Origin: Octopus vulgaris
Taxonomy: Eukaryota
Length of the DNA: 64,000 nucleotides
Direction of reading: 5' to 3'
Assembly: GCA_951406725.2 (NCBI GenBank)
Contig: OX597817.1
Span: 17,608,001-17,672,000, forward strand
The notes beneath the pieces were generated by a model. The model did not search any database and was not told the DNA's origin. It saw only the letters and a list, made by a program, of their open reading frames with translations. Below are positions 1-13,583 of the stretch, piece by piece (positions within the stretch are counted from its first letter, which is position 1; each line of letters starts with the position of its first letter). Both the position numbers and the translations under genes were made by a program.

Positions 1-302
1 AGATCAGATGGGAAAACGTAAACATCTAACTGATAAAGATAGTGGGTGTATGTGTGAGTGGGTGAGCACGTGCATGAACAAGTGATGTAGGTGTTGGTAA
101 GATTATATCAAGACAAATCTCATGATCTAATTTTAATTGTACTCAAGTCATTATCATTTAGTTCAATTAAATATGACACTCTTGGGAATCTATGTAGGCA
201 AACGTCATAGTTCAATAACCAGGTATTGTTAGATTGCTGCGAAGAAAAGCGATTTCAATTATTTCAGACAAATGATTTTAGCAAATATCAAGGACTGTGT
301 AG
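1..302 (-). other. Candidate exon of the minus-strand gene; possible start codon at 25 (MFTFSHLI... open to window edge)
   Basis: Minus-strand acceptor TTTTTACTGTTTTGTTCAG| ending at 303; non-repetitive sequence; only 8 codons visible. Confidence 0.25.
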
Positions 303-504
303 CTGAACAAAACAGTAAAAACAGTAAATGCCATAGAGAATTTGGTTTGATCCCTCTCAATCCTCACTCTGTCATAGAGGTCCCTCTAAAGTTGTTTAGT
401 CCCAGCTCAACCCTAATCAAACAGACCTACAATTGAAAGCTTTTCAGTCATAAACATCCCTTCTTTTTTTTCAAACATTTTTTTCTAAATAATATTTAGA
501 TAAT

Positions 505-1460
505 GATGCTTTAGATACAAATAATTACAGAGGTATCAAGTTGTTGGATCAGGTAATGAAGGTCACAGAGAGGGTCATAGCCCTACTAATTAGCGAGAGA
601 GTCAGTTTAGATGAGATGCAGTTTGGGTTCATGCCAGGGAAAAGCACCACTGATGCTATATTTCTGGTAAGACAGCTGCAGAAGAAATACCTAGCTGAAG
701 ATAAACCCCTGTACCTGGCTTTCGTTGACATGGGGAAAGCCTTTGACAGGGTCCCCCCCCCCGATCCCTTATCTGATGGTCAATGAGGAAACTAGGGATA
801 GATGAATGGTTAGTGAGAGCTGTGCAAGCCATGCACAGGGACACTGTCAGTAAGGTGAGGGTTGGCAACGAGTTCAGTGAAGAATTCCAGGTAGAGGTAG
901 CAGTCCACCAAGGTTCAGTCCTCAGCCCTCTCCTATTTATTATAGTCCTCCAGGCAATAACAGAGGAATTCAAGACAAGACGCTCCTGGGAGCTCCTTTA
1001 TGCTGACGACCTTGCTCTGATTGCTGAGTCACTAACAGAACCAGAGGAGAAGTTTCAGGTGTGGAAACAAGGATTAGAATTGAAGGGCCTTAGAGTCAAC
1101 CAAAACCAAAGTATTAATAAGTAGGAAGGCAGGCAAACCACAAATCCCTGCAGGTGGATGGCCCTGCTCAATCTGTAGAAAAGGCATAGATAGAAACTCT
1201 ATAAGATGTACCCAGTGTAAGCTATGGACACATAAGAGGTGTAGCAATATCAAAGGAAGGCTAACTGGGAAGATAGCTTTTGTAAAAGCACCCACTACAC
1301 TCTTGGAGTGGTTGGCGTTAGGAAGGGCATCATCCAGCTGTAGAAACTCTGCCAGATCAGATTGGAGTCTGGTGCAGCCATCTGGTTTGCCAGTCCTCAG
1401 TCAAATCGTCCAACCCATGCTAGCATGGAAAGCGGTCGTTAAACGATGATGATGATGATG
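505..1460 (+). mobile_element. RTE-clade LINE fragment (RT domain, frameshifted, internally deleted, joined to its GAT-tailed 3' end)
   Basis: NYRGIKLL, QFGFMPGKSTTDAIF, AFVDMGKAFDRV, HQGSVLSPLLF, LLYADD; frameshift in C-run near 753-762; 3' end AAACGATGATGATG. Confidence 0.92.
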
Positions 1461-1786
1461 TACTACATTATTTGGGATCACATTATCTGCTGGGGTTTCT
1501 TTTTCTTTACAAAGTAAGGCAAGTAGAGGTTTCCTCATTGCTAATATAGATAATGAATATAATTGACAGTTACTCCATTCCTTTTAACAACTGGCCTTAA
1601 CCAAATTAAGAAATCACCAATACAAAAATCTGCAAAATAGAAACAGTACTGTACTGTATATTTTTTTTTTATTTTTATAATTTGTATATGGTGCTCTTAG
1701 CATTCCACTAGCACGGATGCCAGTCATTGAATTTGATTTCAATTTTGATTTCACTTGCCTCAACGAGTCTTCACAAGTCTTATATA

Positions 1787-2194
1787 GGCGCAGGAGTGGC
1801 TGTGTGGTAAGTAGCTTGTTTACCAACCACATGGTTCCGGGTTCAGTCCCACTGTGTGACACCTTGGGCAAGTGTCTTCTACTATAGCCTCGGGCCGACC
1901 AAAGCCTTGTGAGTGGATTTGGTAGATGGAAACTGCAAGAAGCCCATCGTATATATGTATATATATATATAGGTGTGCGTGTGTTTGTGTGTCTGTGTTT
2001 GTCCCCCTAGCATTGCTTGACAACCGATGCTGATGTATTTATGTCCCCGTCACTTAGCGGTTCGGCAAAAGAGAACGATAGAATAAGTACTGGGCTTACA
2101 AAGAATAAGTCCCGGGGTCGAGTTGCTCAATTAAAGGCGGTGCTCCAGCATGGCCGCAGTCAAATGACTGAAACAAGTAAAAGAGTAAAAGAGT
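1787..2194 (+). mobile_element. tRNA-derived SINE family A, full length
   Basis: Head GGCGCAGGAGTGGCTGTGTGGTAAG (A box), GGGTTCAGTCCC (B box), central TA/TG microsatellite, tail (AAAAGAGT)n; roughly 20 full or partial copies in the window. Confidence 0.9.
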
Positions 2195-2426
2195 ATTTAT
2201 TTTATTATAAATGCAAAACAACACAATGGAGTAATCGACATAAGCTTAAATAATAAACCGTGATGTGGCGAGGGATTACTGTAACAGATAAAAAAAAAGC
2301 AATGACAGAACTTCAGTCTCAAATGGTTGAAGAAACCAAGCTGAAGATAAGTAATGCAGGGTAGTGACACTCACTCGTATTTGCAGGCATTGCTGTAAAA
2401 TTGACAGATGGTCCGTTAGATTATAG

Positions 2427-2645
2427 CAGTGTTTTTCAAACTTTTTGCTGGAGCAGAACCCCAAGGAAACATTCCACTGGCTCGAGGAACCCCCGTGCAA
2501 TAATTTAATTGTCTTATGCCCACATATCTGCACAGGAGAACTAAAAATTACTGCTGATTTTAGCATTTTTGTAACTTCTTGCGGAACCCCTGGACTGTAC
2601 TGGCAGAACCCTAAGGTTCCACGGAACCCTGGTTGAAAACCACTG
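2427..2645 (+). mobile_element. hAT-type MITE
   Basis: TIRs CAGTGTTTTTCAA / TTGAAAACCACTG; perfect 8-bp TSD GATTATAG (2419-2426, 2646-2653). Confidence 0.9.
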
Positions 2646-2759
2646 GATTATAGTGTTACATTTGCATCCTCTTGAAAATCTGGAGGAATTACTTTCGCAT
2701 CTAACCATGTACTACAGATCCTAACTCTGTCTGCTTGACTTGGCATTGGATTCAGTATG

Positions 2760-3590
2760 CTTCGCTGGATGTGCAAGGTCAGAGTGCATGCATGATGGAG
2801 GGTAAGTGTCTTGAGAGAAAGTTGGACATAAGAGGCATCAGATGTGGTGTGCCAGAGAGACAACTAAGCTGGTATGGTTGTATGATACATATGGATAAGG
2901 ACTGCTGTGAGAAGAAGTGCTGATCTCTAATGGTGGAGGAAACCTGTAGAAGAGGTAGACCCAGGAAGACATGCGATGAGGTGGTGAAGTATAATCTTTG
3001 AACATTGAACCTCATGTAAGCAATGGCAAGTGACCAAGATCTTTGGCAGTATTATGTGCTTGAGAAAACCTGTCAAGCCAAATGAAATCATAGTCAAGGC
3101 TGATGCTAGTGTTGTGTAACTGGCATGTAAAAAGCACCATTCAAATTCTGGGCCTCACAGAGGCAGTGACAAGTGACCAAAACCTTTGGCAATATATCAT
3201 GCTTAAGAAGACCTATCAAGCCATGTGAGATCATAGTTGTGGCCAATGCCAGTGTTTCATAACTGGCAACCATGCCAGTGGCATGTAAAAAGTACCTCTT
3301 GAACTTTGGGTTTCACAGAGGCAGTGACAAGTGACTGAGACCCTTAGTAATATACCATGCTTAAGAAGACCTGTAAAACCAAGTGAGATCATAGTAATGG
3401 CCAATGCTGATGTTATGTAACTGGCATTCATGCAGTGGTTGGCATCAGGAAGGGCATCCAGCTGTACAAACCATGCCAAATCAGATTGGAACCTGGTGCA
3501 GCTCCCTAACTTACCAGTATTGAATCAAACCAACCAACCAACCAACCAACCCATGTCAGCACGGAATAAGGATGCTAAATAATAATATAT
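2760..3590 (+). mobile_element. Old RTE LINE 3' fragment (C-terminus and repeated 3' UTR)
   Basis: LSWYG..., VEETCRRGRPRKT-like residues, then imperfect UTR repeats of about 180 bp and the RTE tail motif AGGAAGGGCATCCAGCTGTA. Confidence 0.75.
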
Positions 3591-3606
3591 ACATACACAT
3601 ATATGT

Positions 3607-3928
3607 GAAGGCGCATGGCTCAGTGGTTAGAGCGTCGAGCATACGATCGTGAGGTTGTAAGCTCGAATCCCGGACCGGGCTGCGTGTTGTGTTCTTGAGC
3701 AAGGCACTTTATTTCACGTTGCTCCAGTTCAGTCAGCTGTAGAAATGAGTTGCGACGTCACTGGTGCCAAGCTGTATCGACCTTTGTCTTTCCCTTGGAT
3801 AACACTGGGGGCGTGGAGAGGGGAGGCCAGTATGCATGGGCGACTGCTGGCCTTCCATAAACAACCTTGCCCGGACTTGTGTCTAGGAGGGTAACTTTCT
3901 AGGTGCAATCCCATGGTCATTCATGACC
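3607..3928 (+). mobile_element. tRNA-derived SINE family E
   Basis: A box TGGCTCAGTGG, B box GCTCGAATCCC, core GTGTTGTGTTCTTGAGCAAGGCACTTTA; partial second copy near 33762-33860. Confidence 0.8.
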
Positions 3929-4601
3929 TTTTTACACATATATAAACACATACACACACACATACACACACGTGTGTGAATTCATATTTTCCCTTGTCTT
4001 CACATCTGTTTGCTAGGTGCAAACAATGGTCTTGTTGACAGTGTTGTCTACTTGTAGTCAACTGTGAAAGCATGTCCAAGCTTCTTGACATGTATAGTAA
4101 CGTGATGAGAGCTTTGTTTACCAAAAGCTTGTTCAGATAAGATAGTATCATTTGTTTCCAGTTCTTCACATAGCCATACCCAGACTGTTTATCATTCGAC
4201 ATACAAGAAGATAATGACTTCACATTAGGAAGGGTATCTGGATTTTAAAACTCTGCCCCAACATACGCCCATCTCACCCATGCAGGCATGGAAAAGTAGT
4301 CATTAAAAACAATGATGATGATGATGATGATGGTGATAGGCATAAGCATAGTTGTGTGGTATAAAGCTTGCTTCCCAACCAAATGGTTTCGGTTTCATTT
4401 CCACTGCATGGCACCTTGGGCAAGTGACTTCAACTTGGAAACGTGTCTCTTTATGAGGGAATATTACTTTCCTTGGAAGCAGGTAATGGTTCACCACAAA
4501 TAGGGCATCTGGCTGTAGAAGAAAGTGCTTCTCCAATTCCGTCTAGCTCAAGCAAGCATGGAAAACGACGATAAAACAAGGACAGTGATTATATCTTTTA
4601 A

Positions 4602-5041
4602 TTTTCATTTGTTTTAGTCATTAGACTGCAGCCATATTGGGGGTACTGGCTTGATGAATCTTTAATCTAATGAATCGACTCCAGTACTTATTTTTTAAAG
4701 CCTGGTACCTTATTCTTTCAGACTCTTTTGCCGAACCGCTAAGTTACAGGGACGTAAACAAACCATTACCGGTTGTCAAGCGATGGTAGGTGACAAAGAC
4801 AGATTACACATATACACACACATATATACATACATACATACACACACACATACATACACACACACACATATACACACACACACATACATATATACATACA
4901 CACACATACATACACACACATACATACACACATACACACACACACACACATACATACACACACATATATACATACACACACACATATATACATACACACA
5001 CACATATATACATACACACACACATATACATACATACACAC

Positions 5042-5072
<31 letters not shown>

Positions 5073-5298
5073 TATACATACATACATACATACACATATA
5101 TACACACAATCACATACACACACACACATATACATACACACACACACATATATACACACAATCACACACACACATATATATATATATGACGGGTTTTTTT
5201 CAGTTTCCATCTATCAAATCCACTCACGAGACTGGTCGGCCCGAGGCTATAGCAGAAGGCACTTGCTCAAGGTGTCACGCAGTGGAACTGAACCCAGA
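4602..5298 (-). mobile_element. SINE family A with greatly expanded internal (CA/TA)n microsatellite (4805-5188)
   Basis: Both SINE halves flank about 380 bp of CA/TA repeats; source of the spurious His/Thr/Tyr and Cys/Val ORFs. Confidence 0.85.
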
Positions 5299-8149
5299 GC
5301 GATATGAATGGGAAACTATATTAGTTTCTAACGTAGGTGTACATTCAGGACACACAATTTGGGGAGAAGGATACAGCTGATTGTATCAATTTCACCAGTA
5401 TTTCATTGGTACTTTACCGTATCAACCTAAGAAGGAAGAAAGGCAAAGTGGTCCATTCGGGACGTAAAAGAATGCATCTAAACGCGATGGGGCATTTTGT
5501 GCAGCGATCATCTTACTCTACCACTAAAATTAAGGACACGGCAAGAATTCCATCACATGACAACAACCAACTAAAGAAGCCACCACCACAAGAGAGACAA
5601 ATGCAACCACACACATATATACACACGAGCGCAGAGTATTTGATAAATTGCCCAGCATTTCGACAATATTGATCGGAATTTCTAACCAACATAAGCAAAT
5701 TCTAAACATTATTTTTATAATAATAATAAGAAGAAGAATAATTTCTTTATTTTCCAAAAAGACGACGAGAAAAGGAACAAAGAGAAATTACATATAAATA
5801 TACACACAGAAGTAAAGAAAGATGTTAGTGATTGAAGGTATCTATGTCAGGCACAACAAAACCACTAATTGTGGAGGCAAGGTATATAATAGATTAAACC
5901 ATTATCAGTAGCTAACTGGTATTGACACAATAGTTGACTGTTATTTATTGTATATTGATTAGAGAAGAATGACAGGCAAAGTCGCACCGGAAAGAATAAC
6001 AACAATTATTATATTTCTCCTATTGGGTATAAAGCAAGCATTGCAAGTCGCCTTGCAATATCGACCGAAGAACTCGAGTCAACGAGAGAGCCTCTTGCTA
6101 GAAATAGCAGAGAAAACTCGGACACCCTCCCGTCTGAAAAAGAACATAGTGAATAATATTAGACTTGGGTTCCATGCGTATAGAAGAAAGGCGGGATGGC
6201 CATGGTCTGAATGCATTTTGGTCAAAGCATTCTCCTCGTGTAACTAAAAAATACCCGTGGACACAAGTACATGCACACACTCATAAATTACGACCCAGCA
6301 AAGGAACGTTCAAATGGTATATCAATTTGCTAGAAATAGCAGCCAATTCTTTCTCATCACCACCACCCCTACCGCCTGAAAAAAAAGAGAAGACATTTGA
6401 TTGTAGACCTAGATATCCCTAAAAATAAAAACCGCTGCAGTCGCGGTAGACTGCCTTTGTTAATAGACGTGCTCGATCAAGGCAGACCTGGGGCTAAACA
6501 ATAATATATGCAATTGGAGCTGAATAGTGATGTTTATAATAGAGGGATAGTCGTAACCACTGTTACGGGAATTAGGATCCAAATGTTAGCCACCATCACT
6601 CACAACTGCAACGGATAATTGACTGTTTTTCTTGCTCATTATGGACCACCTAGTCCATAATAAGCATTCTTGCTATGAATGTCCAAGTCACTGAATTCAT
6701 AATTTTCTCCCTTGATCCAAAATTGCAGCATCCACATTCATCTCTCTCTCTCTCACACATACACCAAAGGCGTTCTAACAGTGACTATCAAAAGCCCGTC
6801 ATTTATTTAAGCGGAGTGTAGCGTGCACTTCCTTATTTAAGACAGTTAGGGTGCGTGATTCGAGGGATATTTTGCTGATATTTCTAACAGATTTAGCGAC
6901 TTCATAAAGGTTTCGTCGTTAGTCTGCTTGTATTTTAAAACAAACATTTATTCCTATCTTTTATCTTGTTTCAGTCATTTGCTGGGACACTGCCTTGAAG
7001 GGTATTAGTTCATAAAAAGATATAGTTATTTTTCATCATGGTAAACACTATGACTAGTAAAGTATATAATAGCTAGAAATATCAAAAGGTAAAACTTGAA
7101 GGTAACGAAACCTTAAGAAGCTCACAAAGTAAATACCAATAGTATTATATCGCTTTGCTCCTCTGTCTTAACTTTTCATACATCCAGACTCAATATATTA
7201 TGTTTTAAGAAAGGACTGAACGCGAATCGTTTGACTCTAAAGTCTTCCTATGAATGTGTGGCCGGATCACATGCAAATGAAAGGAGAAAACCTCACACAG
7301 AAATACACACACAAATTTACGTACGTGTGTGTGTTCCAATGGAATTGTCTACTGCATCAAAAGCAGTAATTTCTTAGGATGTGTATGTTTTGGGAATCGT
7401 AGACTACGATTCAGCAGAAACAGTGACCCCTTTTTTCCATAATTCTTTTTAGTTTTGAACACCTTTTGAAAATTTTCTCAGATTTATGTGTTAAATATCT
7501 GAGATTGAGTTTAAAAATATGCATTAACATAAACCTGAAAAAAAAATCTTTCCAAATATAGTAAAAAGTAAAAGGACTGCGGATGCTCCCCCACCAGACA
7601 TGAGATGATGCTTAAAACATATATATCCAAAGAAATGGCTTCTGATGTACAGGAGAATTTCCGACTCTATAGGAATGCTTTGTGAGTATATTTCAGCCAT
7701 GCCGGGGTACCAATTAAAATATAAATATATTAGCCATTGGACTGCGGTCATGTTGGAGCGCCACCTTATAGGGTTAGTCGAACAAGTCGATCCCGGTACT
7801 TAAGTCTGGCACTTATTCTATCGGTTTCTTTAGGCGAACAACTAGATTGCGCGAACCAAACAAACCAACACCGGTTTTCAAGCAGTGGCGGGGGTGGGGG
7901 CAAACACAATCGCGTGCACAAAACACACACACACACACACACACTAACACAATTCGTGAATTTGGAAAACTTCATAATACCATCGGAAGAAGGGGAATCA
8001 TCTGACATTTCACTCCATTCGTCTCTCTTGTACATCGCTCCGGGTGACGCTAGCATGGGAGCAGCACTTTTGGGTCTGCTATATAAGACTGTATGGAGCA
8101 GGACGGCAAATTCAAGGGCTATCCCGGGCGGTGCTCACTTTAGCTATGT

Positions 8150-8940
8150 CACTGTAGAACCGGCATTACCATGCCAAGGACTTTTGAAATTTATCGATAA
8201 TCCCAAATTCGAAAGTTATCCAGATGACACTGCTATGTTGGTTTTCGTACATACTCCGAACATTACCCAGAAAATCGTCAATCATATTTCACTAAGAGTA
8301 TTTTATAAGATGTAAGATTAATATAGAAGAATGTGAGAACCCGGCAACATTCCAGATCCAGATGTTTATCTACGCTTGTCACTGAATTGCAGCTCTGTCA
8401 GAGATGAATTGTGGGAAAACGTATCTAACAAACCACAACTGCTCACCTCTCAGAATATCTAGATTCCGCAGCTTCAGCGCACCACTATCTATGGGATACT
8501 GAGATACAAGTGGACTAGCTCCGACGACACTAAAAGATCATGGAGACGATGTAAAACGTTCACCACCTTTGTCCAGCCTTACAGGGAAAGCTTCTTCTCA
8601 ACACATTTCTTGACGAGACTTCCTCATAACTTGGCCTCAGTGATTACTCATTCGAAAGTCAGAACCAAGCCTTAGTCAAAGTTTAGTCTGTGGGCCTGTT
8701 TCACCTACTAGCAGTTACGACCACAATTCCTACATAGCTAATTCATTACATTGACAAAGCTACCCAACGTCATAGCAACCCATTTATAATTCCTCAAAAC
8801 TTCAAGCTACATATCATACTTAAAAATGGAGACTATAGCTCTTCAGGAATGCAAATGTATGGTGAAAACTGGGAAAAAATGCAGACAAGAAGAATATAAT
8901 GATGGTTGATACAGTAGAGGTTTGATGGTACAGCTATCAG
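8150..8940 (+). mobile_element. Highly decayed Ty3/Gypsy gag-protease relic
   Basis: PKFESYPDD near the start, FLTRLPHNLASVI (gag FLxRLP motif), YGENWEKM-like His/Cys-box remnant, MVDTVEV resembling protease LVDTGAEV; many stops and frameshifts. Confidence 0.45.
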
Positions 8941-10323
8941 AATAATTGCAAACACGGGATGGGTCCTCTATGTGGCTCCTCGAGTTGTTACAAAAACTAG
9001 CCTAATCTTCCTCAAATCACATCCAATTAATGTGGGCTGTGAGGAAGACACTGGGATATGTAACCTTAGATAAACCATGTCGGGAGAGAAAGTAGGTATA
9101 GTGATAGCCAGAACACCTTTGATTATAGCCACACTCAGCGACATCTCTGCAACAACAACAACAAAATCATGATTTCTGATCACTTCCTTTGACACATTTA
9201 TCGTTTGTCAACTAAGTAAAACACCGACATCAGCAATGAAAATATTTCTTGTCACGTTGAATTGACCATTAGATACCAAAAACCACGATGTCATTTGAGA
9301 TAAACTATCACAGCCCAGTCAAAGGAGGAGCCTATATAAGGTCACTAAACATGCATGAAATAGCAGTCAAATCCGCTTCAAATTACGAAGCACCGTCCCA
9401 AAAAGGGACATTGGTATAGGTACACTACACCCGAAATAAAGGCAGGGTGATCGCTGTTGCAATGCCTTTGATCGACAAGTTTGTTCGTTAAGGGCCAGTT
9501 TGAGGATAAATTACTACTACCACCACTAAGAGAGAGAGAGAGAGAAATAGGGGTCAGAATTGTGGTATTTCTCTCAACGAGATTAGAAAATGCTAAACCG
9601 CCACATGGCAGACAGAAACTAAATGTAATACGGTATTTTATTCAGTACATCTAGTCTCAGAGCTCAAATCCTACTTTGATACTAGAATATTAGAAACAAA
9701 TAGATCAATTTTACCCTTCCTCCAAACATGTGTAAGCCTTGTGACAAAGTTAGAAACCATTATTATTGTTGGAGCAGTGGCAGAAACGGTAGGGTGATGA
9801 TCTCGGCGTTAGGCAGGGGACGAGGTGCAATGCAATGCAATGCTTGGAGGCCCCTTGTTAAAAAATACACTAGGCATGTAAAAGCATGTCTTTTAATTAT
9901 TTTGAGATTCTCGCAAATTGTGAGGCCCTAAACTGTAGCTTATGCTCAAATCTGGCACTAACTAAATGTAACTGTTCTGTCATCCTGGATTCAAATACCA
10001 ACAAGGAAAGGGTTTTGCTTCATTCACACCCGAATAGTGGGTTTCTGAATTCGTTTGAATAACAGAACTGGCAAGAATAGAGCTATTAGTTCATTCCAAA
10101 CCTTTGTTTAGCTACAGTGTATAAGATACATAGATTTGTCGAATATTGCAACCGTCTCAAACCAAACAAATACGAGCCAACGCGGGAGCCTCAACTTAGT
10201 GGTATGACCTCCTAGAAACAGCAGCTAAATCTCCCCCCAAACCATATTTTTCTGTCTTTTAAAAATATAATGGGATGATATTTATTAATAATACAGTTTT
10301 ATTTACATTGCGAAAAAAAAATG

Positions 10324-10749
10324 GGCAATCTTTCGTCTCTAGTAGACCTTTCCGTCGATTTCCGTAAATTTTTTTTTCTTTTTACATATGGGCTTGCGGG
10401 AACTTTTGAAGTAATGAGAGCGAAAGAGACTAAGAGAAAGCGATTGTATGACGAGGGAAGTTCTTTTGAAGTTACCGTGCATGGGAAGCATTGATGTACA
10501 TGTGTGTGTGTGTGTTTTGATGGGGTGTGGGAGACAGACAGTATGTTGTGTAAGTGAAGTGCTTCTGTTAGTGTGTGTGAAGAGACAGAGTAATGTGTGA
10601 AAGAAAGAGATAACTGAAAATTTTTACTCGGTGTATGTGTATATGTATGTATATTACTTCAAAAGTTCCCGCAAGCCCATATGTAAAAAAAAAAAAAAAT
10701 TTTTTTTACGGAAATCGACGGAAAGGTCTACTAGAGACGAAAGATTGCC
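10324..10749. mobile_element. MITE with about 90-bp terminal inverted repeats (GG termini, possibly Merlin-like)
   Basis: GGCAATCTTTCGTCTCTAGTAGACCTTTCCGTCGATTTCCGTAAA...GAAGTAAT (10324-10416) is the reverse complement of 10653-10749; no clean TSD. Confidence 0.85.
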
Positions 10750-11054
10750 AAAATAGCAAATGTGTTGTCATAACTAGAACAACTTAAGTCTGCTTGATCA
10801 GGGCTAAACAACAACCACTACAAAACAAACTACTGCACATTCACACACACACACACGCGAAAAATATAAAGGAATTTACTGAATAAATGTTGATCTTTTC
10901 TTGTGGTAAATTGACACGTTCTTACAAAGTGGGGGAGATTAGACAAACCTAATTAAATTATTAGAGTATAAAAAATAAGTGAAGCGAGAAATAAACACTT
11001 TAAATGAACTGGTAAAAAAATAAGCTCTAACAGTGGGAGTAGGTATGTTTGGCT

Positions 11055-11235
11055 CTCAAGTCAGCCTTGATTGAGCAAACGTTCGATTAAAACTAATCCA
11101 TCCGTGACCGTCCCTTTTCTTCTCAAGGTGCAATGTACCCAGGACAACATTATCTAACGTGTATCTCTTTTCTAAGATGACAGGGTGATTTGAAGGAAAT
11201 TTCGTTACCTCTGCCAGTGGTTTCAGATAGAAGTT
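11055..11235 (+). repeat. Dispersed old repeat family D (representative copy)
   Basis: Motifs GGTCAGCC..GATCxAGCAGACCT..TCCAGCCxTGACCATC..GATTTGGCTGCTATTTCTA recur near 400, 6130-6500, 6760, 9320, 10190, 25390, 26450, 34480, 44100, 45930 and 46320; class unresolved. Confidence 0.6.
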
Positions 11236-11706
11236 GGCAATAACCATCCCTTCGCTGCTTCTAGTGAGGCTTGTCGAAGGGAGTGTTTATAAGTGAAGGC
11301 ATTTATCGGGTTGTGTTCCTGACCTTTCGAAATGTCCCGTGTTATTATCTTCTATCGTGTTGTATAACACATGACTCATTCCTTTAAGTAATATTATCAT
11401 ATCACTTAAAAGATGAGACAGAGGAAGCGGGTGGAGGAGAATGTTCATTGCAAAAAGTTAGGGTGTCATTAAACAGTGTAAATCCCACCCGAATGTATTT
11501 TCCTAACGTAATTAAAGTACCCGATAAATTTTCTTATTGGATATATAAGCATATATTAAAATACATATATATATATACATGACACATAGCAGGTGTGTGT
11601 CAGCCCCTCATATTCTAATTGAAAATACGAGTCATTTCTAATCAGATGAATAGATAATATCATAGACGTAACTACATATTAAACGTGCAACAATATATAT
11701 ATATAT

Positions 11707-11866
11707 AGTAATTAAGGGTTTAGCAACGATTTGCCTCACCATCGTTGCTAAACCCTTAATTACTTAGTATTACTTAAACCTTCCTTGAATGGGGCTTTTA
11801 CATGCCGAGCTCTACTTGGTGAAATTAATGATTATTTCTAAATTAATTAATTTCACCCTTTATTAT

Positions 11867-11870
<4 letters not shown>
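11707..11870. mobile_element. Short element inserted in (TA)n with a terminal hairpin (Penelope-like end, tentative)
   Basis: TA runs on both sides; right end AATTTCACCCTT..ATT shared with a second TA-embedded piece at about 15816-15900. Confidence 0.45.
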
Positions 11871-11926
<56 letters not shown>

Positions 11927-12361
11927 TTGCAACACAGTAAGTTGTTTTCGCACATGTATTATAGACAGTTGAACAATACTTCAGAGCTAACACTGAATAA
12001 ACAAACAACGTAACAAGGTGGTGGGCGACGACCACCACGACTAAGTTATGTAACTAAAATTGTCCTCACTCAGTAAAAGCAATGTTTATTGATAAATCAA
12101 GGTTTAAATTTTTCATCGACTTTGTGCTGTTACTATAGTAAATCGTTTATGAGATAAACGGCATAACTCTAAATAAATTATCATATATAAACAAATACCA
12201 GAGATACCTGGGGAGAAACCTAACAATTGTTATATATATAGCATTCTCTGAAACCATCGGACAATCGAGAGACAAAGAGAGATACCAACGGGATAAATAT
12301 ATATATATATATATACACACATATATATATAGATAGATATGTGTGTGTGTATGTATGTATG

Positions 12362-12405
<44 letters not shown>

Positions 12406-12864
12406 CATATCAGAGTGAGACAAAGAGAGAGTGCGTGTAAGACACTGAAAGATTATGTGTGGCCTTGTGCTTATAATTAAAACAATAATAGTATTAACAA
12501 ACAATTATTTGTAGACAAGACTAAACCTTTTGGGAGAAAGGGTGCGGTTAACTACATCGGTCTCAATACTTAACAAGTAACAATTTTATCGACCCCCCAT
12601 AAAAATAAAATAAAATGTAAAGTTGACCTCGAAAAATAACGAAAGTGGTGAAATAAAGAATTGTTAACGTGTCGGGCAAAATATATACCTTGGCGATATT
12701 TAGTTCAAATCCTGCCGAGGCAGGTTTTCTTTTCGTCCTTACAGGGTTGAGAAAAGAGGGTCGATTAAATATCACTATAATGCGTCCTAGATGTGAATAG
12801 GGGTTATTGTAGGAAAGCATCGACGAATGTTGAGAAAGAAAACATTATTTGCTTAAAGTCTTAC

Positions 12865-13583
12865 CTCACAATAATTTCTTCAAAGTAATATCCTGTGCAT
12901 TATTGATGTAATATTCATATTATATCATATTATTCAATCCAGTCTGAATCAGTTTAGCATTCGATCAATGTTGTCACGAGGCAGCGTTATTGGAGATGAG
13001 AGGACGAAAAGCAAGCTTCTTGTTCGGAGATAACTTCATGTAAAAGGGGTTAATCAGTACTAACTTGTGGAGTTTCAAACGCATGCTTTAAAGGTAACAC
13101 TGACAATGCAAACTACAACATTAATAATAATAATAACGATGACGAAGATAGTCTCTGGATAGCTAATGTTGCTATTTATATATGTATATGTATGTTTATA
13201 TATGAATATGAATTTTTTTTAGATATATGTATGTTTATATATGCATGCGTGCACATGCAGGTAAATGCATGTTAATTTATGTGATGAAAAACATTAGGAA
13301 CATTAGGAACGTGAATTATTAAGTTACTAAGAACAAAAAACTTGATGAGTATCATGAAAAACAATTAGATACGGTCACCGGTTTGTTAATTATTTTGTTT
13401 TTCATTTGGTGTAATAATAATAATAATAATAATAATTATGCTTGTGCAAAGTAAACAAATAAGCTGGAATGCAGCAGGTAAATATCTAGAAGTAGGCTTT
13501 GCTAGTTTAATGTTAAACACTAGTTGACTCGTCGTCTGCACTGGGGGACGGAGTGCACACACACAGCCAGCACCTGCTGCTAT
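12865..13583 (-). other. Candidate non-coding first exon of a divergent minus-strand gene
   Basis: Minus-strand TATAAA starting at 13614, 31 nt upstream of Inr-like TCATA (A at 13583); strong donor GAG|GTAAGA at 12865/12864; unique sequence with only short ORFs. Confidence 0.35.

Noticed and set aside
3607-3685. tRNA gene
   Set aside because: A and B boxes are present but the acceptor stem is poor and the sequence continues into a SINE body.
4766-5380. Long His/Thr/Tyr and Cys/Val/Met ORFs (also 24705-25147)
   Set aside because: Translations of CA/TA microsatellites that are stop-free in several frames.
7737-8315. 192-aa ORF
   Set aside because: Chimera of an antisense SINE fragment, a CA repeat and a decayed gag-like region; no splice or domain support as a host gene.
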